This document shows, piece after piece, positions 24,307 to 33,800 of a stretch of 64,000 bases of DNA (its first letter is position 1; every line of letters begins with the position of its first letter). The notes below the pieces were generated by a model. It saw only the letters and a list, made by a program, of their open reading frames with translations. It ran no database searches and was not told the origin of the DNA. Location: the NCBI GenBank assembly GCA_036172245.1, contig JAYWIR010000005.1:5084001-5148000 (forward strand). Reading direction: 5' to 3'. The DNA comes from Raillietiella orientalis. Lineage: Eukaryota. The position numbers were made by a program, and so were the translations under genes.

Positions 24307-27248
24307 CACCCGGTCACGCCGGGGAGTTTATTTAAAATGAACCAGTTATGAACGAAAGTTCCCAGCCGACGACTATAAGAAGTAAAGGGGAGGATCCCCC
24401 GGCGCGTAGGCCGGGAAAACGAAAAGTCCGGAACGGTGAAGGCACAGAGGGGGCAACAAAAATAAATAAGATTGGGTGAGATAGATTAGCGATCTTTGGA
24501 TTCGCACTGCACGCATCAGGATGCAAACGGAAAAAGAAAAAAAAATACAGGGAAAATTGCATAGCGAAGAGGGATAGGGAATGAAAAAATAAATAAATAA
24601 AGGAGGACAAGGGACCAGGGTCACCGGGCCTGGACATTCCTAACCATGCGCAAACCGGCGCTGTATGCCGGTGATCTCCCTCTTTGTCTCTTCGTCCAAG
24701 TGATGCCTCCTTGCAGTCGCGCTAATGTAGGCGGTTGCCATCGCGGTGACATTTCTTCCCCCGCTTGGTGGTCTCCAGAACATTTCGGGCTGGGGCGATG
24801 GCGCGAATGCAACTCATGGTTGCGATCACTGCGCCAGTCATGAGTTCTCTCGGTGCAAAGAACCTTCTCAGCGCATCTCGAGCGGTGTCCTCCTGGTGCA
24901 GGAGTGCTGATGCCAACCTCCACCACAGTTCCTGGAGGGCATCGCAGTCTAAAAGCAGGTGCGGAAACGACTCCGTCGACCCGCACCTGGCACAGTTAGG
25001 GGAAATCAACCCCTCCGGAAACTTGGTGCCACCACTCGTTGTACCGGAATCCCCAGTGCACGAAGAGCACTACGTCCTGTTTCCAACTCGGCGGGAACAC
25101 TGATGCGTTCACGCAGTCTAGCGGGGGAGGTTGAAATCTGCTATCAGGTGGGATCTCCGCGTGCTTGCTTCCATCAACCATTTGCGCTGCAGGGTTTCAA
25201 AGAATCTGGTCCATGCACAGCGCATGTTGGAGCCGCTTGGTGCGTATATGTTCGCCACGACGAGGTCGATCGATTCGGATCACTTGAAGGCAAGTTGTCC
25301 TACTCGGCTTCCTCCGTCTAACTGAATGTCTCGTACCTCGCTGTCCACAGGTGGTTTCAGCAAAAAGGTGACCTCGCACGAGTGAATCGAGCCGCAACGC
25401 CAAGGTAGCTTGCCGCCAGCGATCCTGGATTTCTTTCGCAGAGATGTTGTGATCTCGTGCAGAAGGTCTAGGTCGAACGGTCGCAAGGAGGAGGCTGCGC
25501 TCTGTCTTCTGCCGTAGTCTCACAGTCCGTTGACATTCCACCAGGCTACACATAGGCGCCGTCAGGAGCCGCGCCCACGCGTTACTGCTGGCATATCGGT
25601 TCTGCGGTTCCCACCTGTTGCTCAGGCGGGACGGTAGCCAGTGATGGAGGAGGTAAAGGGATGACCTCTCTCTTCTGCTCCTCCTCCTTCACCTTTGTTC
25701 TTCTTCCGGAGTGAGGGATCCTTTCCGAGGAGCACTCCCGGGAACCAACTGCATCCTCCGGAGCTGATGTCTCCTTTACTTGGGGGGGATGCATTCTTCA
25801 CTGGGACCTTGGGCTTCTTTGAGGCATAAGGACTGAGTCTCCACTTGGAATTATCTGATTCAGGTCGGAGTCGTAAGCCATGCCGAAGTTGCCCTCCGCG
25901 GGACGCCTCACGGCCTTTTTCTTTTGAGGCCTTTATTTTCGAAGGTGTTGGCGTCACACAACCTTCTCCGAAGAGATGGAAGTAGCGTTGCAACAACCTC
26001 CGTTGCTATCGACCGGTTCGTCGATCACGCTTTCCATGGCTGCGTTCACTTTTTCGATCGTCGCCTCGATCGCATTAATCTGTTGAAGCCTTGCAGTCCT
26101 GTGGCTGTTTATTGATCAATTTTCACGTTGTCACGACTTTTTTCGTTTGGGAGAAATTTTTCCCCTATTTTTTCTGATGTTATTACTTGCCGTCCCGCTT
26201 CATTGGTCATTTCTTCCCCACTTTTGAAAGTTTGTTCCAATGAACCCTGATTTGGCTGCGATGGACATCTTTCCTTCCTCCCGTTGGTCGCGGTGGCTCT
26301 CCGGTTTTGCGCTTCAAATGTTGCGGACGAGTCTTTTTGGGCACATAAACTTTATCGGCCATGGCAAGCAATTCTCGGACATTTTCTTTTCAGATGCCCG
26401 GTTTTATTGCAATGGCTGCGTAACCTCAGTTTCCTGGGGAACCGGACATCAACATAAAGTCCCCTGATTTCCACACGGTAGGGAAGCTGCTTCTCTTCGT
26501 GTACGGTCACGCGTGCCGCAGCCAGACGGCTGCATATTCCCTCATACCCGGGAGACAAGTTTGACTTGGTCCAGCACTCGTGGACCGTAGCATATTCTTT
26601 GAGCTGACGAACGGAGGACTTCACGCTCGTCCATCCTCAGCCGTAAACCTCGTAGGTGGGCCCCTACTGAGTGGTCCACCGTTTTAGGGTAGAGCCTCTT
26701 GCCTTCGATGGTTATGGGGGTGTTCAGCAGTCTCTGAGCGAGAGCTGCCTCTTTTTTGCCGGTCAGCTCAAAGATTTCTCCTCGCTCACCACAGAGAGTC
26801 CTTCGAGGTCTCCCTTCTCGACGTTCGCGTTGCGCAACCCCTACGCGAAGGAGTGCAACGGACGCTAAACCTAATCGACCTACCTTGTAAATTAGGGCAA
26901 ATTCTGGACCAAGTAGACCTCCGTTTCTGCCTGGGCAACGGGTGTGGCCTCCGAAATCACCTGACTCCACATCCGTGTATTCCTAACACTTGCTACATCC
27001 TTGGAAGCAACAATCTTCGTCTCCATTGTGGTTGGTGGAGAAGTCTTCATATCGCATTCTCCCTCCATAGCGGCTATGTGTGGCATTTCTGCCATTATGC
27101 CGCTACGTCCACAGCCACCACACAGATTTGAAAAAAACGTACCACTCGTTGAAATTCACGGAACGTCGCGAAGCGCGTCCGTCCTTTACGGGTGTTCGAA
27201 TCCGCGACGCATGGTACCACGCTCTGACAACCTAGCCACACGACCTCC
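24307..27248 (-). mobile_element. Internally deleted L1/Tx1-like element: tRNA-like head, ORF1, APE N-half, zinc-finger tail, 3'UTR (no RT)
   Basis: Head 27248-27188. ORF1 from ~27095 with zinc knuckle SHCNKTGHLKRKCP. APE motifs CVAWWNVNGL, VVANIYAP and IADFN (25555-25130). Then CARCGSTESFPHLLLDC, and the AATAAA-hairpin at 24332-24307. Confidence 0.8.
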
Positions 27249-27751
27249 AACGCGGGTTTAAGAATTAAAAAGCAGGGTGTTTCCAAATGTAAAGGGGAAG
27301 GACACTGCAATGATCTAGATGTGATTTTGAGTTTGGTTCCTGAGATATGCGCGTGCAACAGGAAAAGAAAGCCTCCCGCGTGGCCGCTAAAACAGGCGTG
27401 CCATCCGAGTTGGACGGGAAACAGGTCGGAGAGTGAGTGCCGGTACGTGTTCAACAGTATCTCGAGAACAGGCTGAAGCTGTCGGACTCCAGCTGTCTCC
27501 TTGTCTGATTCCTCGTATAATCTTGATGGCTTCGGTGAGCTGGCCGCTGAAATAGATAGGAATCTTTGCTCCCCGCTATAGTAAGAGTAAGTGGCAGAGG
27601 AAGCTGGCTGAAGAACCAAACCTTTCCAGGAACATAAGGGGTAGATGAGGAAACTCAAGATGTCCTTGATACCTCTCCGAGACAGACCTTCCGGGCCCGG
27701 GACAGCTCTCCCTTTCTGTCTTCCGATCGCGGCAACGATTCTGCAGATTTT

Positions 27752-28900
27752 CATCTGGTGACGCCAGGTCGTTTATTTCATGTTTTTTTAAAAAAATAAT
27801 GAGCAGTCCAGTTGGGAAAAAGGCAGTTCCCGGAAAAAGAAAAGAATCAAAAGAAAAGAAATCAAAAAGAAAAGAAGTTCATTTGGAGGGTTCACCGACA
27901 CGCAAGTCCAGATTTCTAAAAGCCCGGAACGGGAGAAGAAACAAATAAATAAAGTGGGGAAGATATGGACGAGGGCCTTTGGTGTGTCTCGTTCTTTCTT
28001 GAAAAGCCGGGGAAGGTACGAAACGAGTGGGAGGGGGTAAATTAACAGAAAGAAATAAACCAAAAAAAAAATAAAGTTAGGGTGAGGACAGGGGTCATCG
28101 GTGATGTCCATGCCTTCCTTCTAAAACCGACGCTGGATACCGGCGATCTCCTTCTTGACTTGTTCTTCCAAGTGAAGCCATCTGGCAGACGTCCCCATGA
28201 AGACGGCTGCCATGCAGGTGACCTCCCTTCTCTGTGCCCCAAACTCCAACAAGTGGCGGGCTGTGACGGTGGCGCCGCGGATGCAGCATGCCGTCGCAAT
28301 CGCGGAGTCTCCACCCCTCGCGAAGAATTGCTCAGCAGTGTCTCTAGTGTGCTGAAGCCAGCCTCCGCCAGAGTTCCTGGCGCGCAATGCAGGCCAAAAG
28401 TAGGTGCGGGAACGATTCAGTCGCCCTGCTCCTTGAACAGTCTGAGGATGGAGCTCCCGCTGAGACCAGGTGCCTGCACTGGTTGCGCCGAAGACCCCAG
28501 TGCAGAAACAGCAGTACATCCTCTTTCCACTTCAAGGGGAACATGGAAGCGTTCACCCACAAAGGAGTCACAGAGCGTTTTTCACAGAGTACATTCAATA
28601 GCTGCGATTTTGCAGATCACGAAGAGCTCATCAAGCTGGTCAGAAGCCGTCTTCATCAGCCAGCGCCGGATCGCCTGGATCAGCTATGTAGCACACAGTC
28701 CTGGTCAGGAAAGGCCCTCGAGCATCAAACGAGAGTCATTTTGTCTCACTGTCACGCTTCAGCGAGGAGCGCACTTGGCCTTCCGAGTTCAGCAGGCCTG
28801 CTGCTCCCGATTGCCAGGTTTACCTCCCCGCTGAAGCAGCGCATTCAACGGGGCGTCTGACAGCGGCTGCCTGCCGACAGTGCGGGCGCGCAGGAAGATT
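27752..28900 (-). mobile_element. L1/Tx1-like tail and 3'UTR
   Basis: FPLKWKEDVLLFLHWGLRRN...CSRSRATESFPHLLLAC. Terminal hairpin at 27752-27777. Confidence 0.75.
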
Positions 28901-29981
28901 CACCTCTTTCACCCAGCTCTTGTGTCGGACGGTATGCCCAACGGAAAACTGTTTCCAGGACAACAATGTCCAGGAAGGCAAAGAGCGAGCGTTTCCACGT
29001 GAGACAGAGGGAGCCCTTCGTAAACCAAGAAGGCGTTAAACTCGCTCGAAGGAAGTGCGAGGGGGCGCATTGTGCTGCAGCGACCTTTCAGGAGTGCCAG
29101 GCCGTTCCAAGACGATGCGATGATCGTTTTCCTTCCAGGAGCGCTCCGACCCTTGGGATGTCCTGCGCTTAGCGAGCGACCTCTACTCCTGCCTTTGCGC
29201 AAAGGAACCGATTGGAACGCACCTTCTCTCAGCGATTTCTGAAGAGGTGCGCCTCCGCCGTAGGTCAGGAAGAGCGAGAGCTCCAAGAAGAGCCGTTCTC
29301 GATGGCGTACATTGTCTCCTCCATCGGAGAGCTCAAGAGGAGGGAGAAGCCACGGGTGGAGGGTCTGCAAGAGAAGCTCTCCCAAAGGTTCGCTGCGAAG
29401 CCTGCTTCCCTGGTGCAGAAACCGACCGTGCTGATTCGGGAGAAGGACGAGGTATCTGCCTCCCTCCGGTCAGCCAGAGTGCGATTCCTTTGAAAAGGAG
29501 GCGAACTGCTCAACCCGAGTGATTGACCTTCGACTCCCTGAGTCAGGGCAGATGTCGAGCGGCTCTTCAAGCCGGGACGGGCGGCGGCCGAGTCCTTCTT
29601 CAGGAGGGGGACAGAGCTCTCAATCAGGTAGAAGTTGCTGTGACGATGACGGTCGATCTGCACAAAGCATTAAACAAGGAATGTGTAAACCAGGAACTCC
29701 TTCCATGGAGTGCTTGGGTTTCCTGCAGTTTTCCTTCTGCTTTCCCTTCTCTCGCTCTAACGCGATGCAGTTACCAAGAATACGCGCAGCTGTCAACCCG
29801 GGTGTTTCACTCGGTCACGCGGGGGCGTTTCTTCTCAAAGAATGGTCACAGCAAAGCATTCGAAATAGAAGCCAAAAGCCATTCGTCCGCGCTGGCACCC
29901 TCTTCTCCGGGAGGTGAGGAGGAAGTCACTGCTCCGGAGCGGTTTGCCGGAAGAGAAAAACGGAAATACACATATTTCCGG

Positions 29982-30088
29982 CAAATGTTATGAGTTTATT
30001 ATTAATAAATGCCCCGGCGCTACCGGGTGACAACTCCGGAGGGAACCCTCAAGGAAACCAGTACGGCTTCCTCCTCCTCCGAAGAGAA
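29982..30088 (+). repeat. 107-bp exact direct duplicate of 46685-46791
   Basis: CAAATGTTATGAG...CCTCCGAAGAGAA reads base-for-base identical at both sites. Confidence 0.92.
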
Positions 30089-30089
30089 C

Positions 30090-30785
30090 GGGGACCAGAG
30101 TATGGAGAAAACATAAACGAAAAGATTAAATAATCAATCAACCAAAACAAGGTTAAGAATGTTGATGGGACAAGGGAAGGGATCACAGTGTACTTCCTGA
30201 CGTCCCGGGCATTCTTTGCAGGATGCCAACTAGTTTCCATTTGTGCTGAGCGAAATGCGGCCATCTTACGGTGATCCTTGAAATAATCACTATCAGGATG
30301 GCATCTCCGGTCCATCATCATCGTAGCTTTTCCTCATCTCTACGTCGCTTAAGCAGCACAGGGCTCCGATGAATGCCGCATGCGAAATTCCGCCACGAGT
30401 CAAGAGGCGCCAAAGCAGGTTTTCCGGCTGGTCTCCCAGTGAGTCCAGGGACACAGCCAAACGTTTGGAAGCACTCTCGATGATAACACAATAGAAAAGC
30501 AGGCGTGCAAAGGTTTCTCCTTCATCACATCGGTTACAATCTGAGGTCTAATTTCCTCTGGTCCAGTGGTGGAGGTGCGCTCTGCATGAGACAGTCCAAA
30601 TGCAACAAGCGCGATGCCAAGTCCTGCCACTTCAGAAGACGTATGAAGCTGTCTAAAAGCAACGAACGGACCCCCAGTTCATCCCACAAGATTTCCAGGA
30701 GATCCTCAAAGAGGAGAAGTCCTTTGGAGTAGGCAGCCCGGTTAGAAACATCAGCCAGGCGGCGCACCCGAAAACAATGCAACAA
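30090..30785 (-). mobile_element. Degenerate retroelement tail
   Basis: LLFEDLLEILWDEL...LLKWQDLASRLLH matches the family motif. Confidence 0.55.
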
Positions 30786-30831
30786 TTTGTTACGTCTGAA
30801 GATCTCACAGGACGCCTACCAATTTCCTAGG

Positions 30832-33800
30832 TCGTCACTGTCACTGCCAATTAAGAGGAAAGACAGTGCTGCAGCAAGAGGGTCCTCTGAGCCCACGAAA
30901 TCTTCCTGGGGCATTCCAGGATCGCCAACAACGAGCGCAACTGGACTGCAATCTCAGATACCGCGTGCCGCTGACTTGTTTGAACTGTTTCCTGTTGCAA
31001 GACACTACAGTTCGCGGACGCAATGCGTTCGATGCACTCGAGGGAAAGCTCGGGATTAGCCGCGCTTTGAGAAACGATGCGCGCGCACAACACCACAGGG
31101 GTCCCAAGAACGTGCGTTCCAAACGCGCCGCCACTTGCTCCCGACCCCACCTCCTGAAACGGGCAGTCGCCACGAGCTGCCGGAAGGTAAAAATTCGTGA
31201 CCAGAGGAGTGTTCCACCCTCCACGCTCCCCGTCCGCGCGCGAAACGCAGCTCCTCGGGTGTCTCCCTCCCCTGCGTGCTCTCGCCGTGTGCCACACTTC
31301 CCCACATTTTCCCCGTTCGACGATACCCCCTTCTTCCTTTTTATTCCCGCCGCCGTCCCGAGCCCATCCCTGAGATCGTAGCCGCCTCGGGACTGCGAAA
31401 GCGAGGCACTGCTTTTCCTCGTTCAAGTTTTTTCCCTCTTCCAACCTAACGAAGGAGGACATTTTCCCGGACGTCCGTGCTGGCCGACCGCAAACGGCCC
31501 CCGTTCTCAGCCCCAGCGGGCGCCGTCGGCTCTGGCCGAAGAGAGCGACGCGCACGAAGTCCCCGCCGCGCCGGCGACGCACGGCGCTCAGCCGCAATGG
31601 CGAGGGCGCCTCCTGCACACGTGGCGTCCTTCGCCGGCGAAATCCGAATTAGCCCGCTCGCCACGCACGTTCTCGTGTTCTCCGCGGATCGGAGTTTCGC
31701 CTGGCGCGAGATGCTTTCGATTCGGATCTCCAATTAGCCGGCCGGGAGGTGAGCGATGACACACCACTGCATCACGGGAGCCAATGATACGCAAGAAGAC
31801 ATCGGAAAGGAATCATCAACTTTGACCTTCATATACCACACGCACTCGAGAAGGCACCGCCACGTATACACATACATACGTACGTACGTATATATATATA
31901 TGTATACGTGACTCTCAGCTGCCACTGGGCATGATCGCCGGGCGAGATGCGGCTCTACTGGATGATGGTGTGCATCGCGGCGCCGCTCTCCTGCCTCGCA
32001 TCAGGTAGTGTGGCTCTTTGCGTCGCTGCGGCGTCTCCCTGGAGGACGAGCGAGGGGGACGCGACACGTGGCACCGGCGCTCTCCCGCGAGGGAACCGCA
32101 ACCGAGCGGCTGCCGCCCCAGCGACGCTTTTCCTCTCATTCCGCAATGCCAGCGCGAAACCGACGTTCCCCGAGCTACAAGCACTCGCGTCACCTTTACG
32201 GCCTCTTCCCGGAGGGAGTTTTCTGGACAGTCCTCCCGTTCCCCACGTTTGTTAGAGAGGGAGATCTCCTTCTTCTGCTTTTCTCTGCTCTCGGCGTCGT
32301 GCACAACCACCGCTCCCTTGAGACGACCGTGTTCTGAGACGCATCCGCAAGTCCGTGGTGTGTGCGTGCTGACTCTGCCGAGGGGCAGGGCACCGGCGAC
32401 GGATTCAGATCTCGTCAGGACTCCCAACCATCCATGCTGACCACTGCGAACGATTCGTTTGCATCAAGCAAGTTGCGCGTCTGCTCTGGTGCGAAGTCTG
32501 CGGTGGTGCCGCAGGGGCCGAAGCTGCGCAGACTGAACGCGTCCGCTACGCCTTGTGGAGCTGCTCTCCGAGTTGCTGAATGCCTCTTCGGAAAAGAGGG
32601 CTCCTTCCCGCTTGATCTTGGCAACGCCAAGCACCAACGGCCGAAGGACACTACCAGAGCGTTGAATCCCCGAGTGTTCGCAAATAGCGGTGTGAACATT
32701 CGAGAGGCCGCGGTGGCCCCGTACGCCATCGTCTCCACGCCTACCGCGCCCCCGGTTGCGTCACCATGGGGCCGAAAGAAATCCCCTGCGCGAAAACTGC
32801 TGCGGCGGAGAGGGGGACACCTTCATGGCCTGCCAACGGTCTACGCGGTACGCGGTCCCGTTCACGGGTCACCTAGGACACCTTCCCGGGAACGCACAAA
32901 TGGCTGTGTCAAAATTGGCTGTCACAATCGCACCCGTCCGTGCAGTGGCTGTTTCGAATCTACGAGCGCAGGTGGTCCTTTCCCCTGGAAGCATTTTTGG
33001 AAGAGGCCACGACAACGACACGGGCGTTCCGCATCCTTCCTATGCGACCCCTTCATAGGTGGAGCAGACCCTGACCGAGGAATGCCGATGGATAGGCGAG
33101 TTCGCATCCGCTCAATAGCGTGCGTTCTGTACCGCGTGCACACCAGCGAGAGCCACAGCTTTTGCGTCTTTTGTTCGACAGGCTCGTCGGCTACCATCCC
33201 GGATCAATGCACGTTGGCATCCTCCTGCAGCTGAAGCTGCTGCCTTCGCTCTCGCTATCTCCCCAATGCACGGGGTTGCTAGGACATGGTGAATTCCGGT
33301 CCGTTTCGGAACGGGAAAGACAGTCTGGTCGTCGTTCCTCCACGGCTGACCGGACGTCGGGTTTCGTGAGGGTGAGCAGAGAGAATTGTGTCGCGAGGAA
33401 GCGACCCCGAAAGACAGTGAGGGACCTCAGCTTCTGGAACAGCTGGTTCCGGTCTTTGCTTTTCGGGAAGGTGGATGCGACCGAGAGCGAATTCCGGCGC
33501 GAGGGTAACCACGGGTCTCTTCCACCACCAGGGGAAGAGAACGGCGTGCCTTCCCAAGCGGTGCCAACGGCAGCGCACGCACGCTCGCGTACGCAGAATC
33601 GCCTTTACATCGAGAACTGCGGTCTTCGAAACGTCTTCATGGGCCAACCTTTCCGCAACGAAAGCCCACCGACATGGAATAGTAGCACGGTCGCCTCCAG
33701 CAGTGAGGATGCCAACAAGGTCGTCGGAGGTTCCCCTACGTACCATGGGGCTCATCCTTGGCAAGTGAGTCTCCGACCTGGAGGGACATGACCTCCGAGT

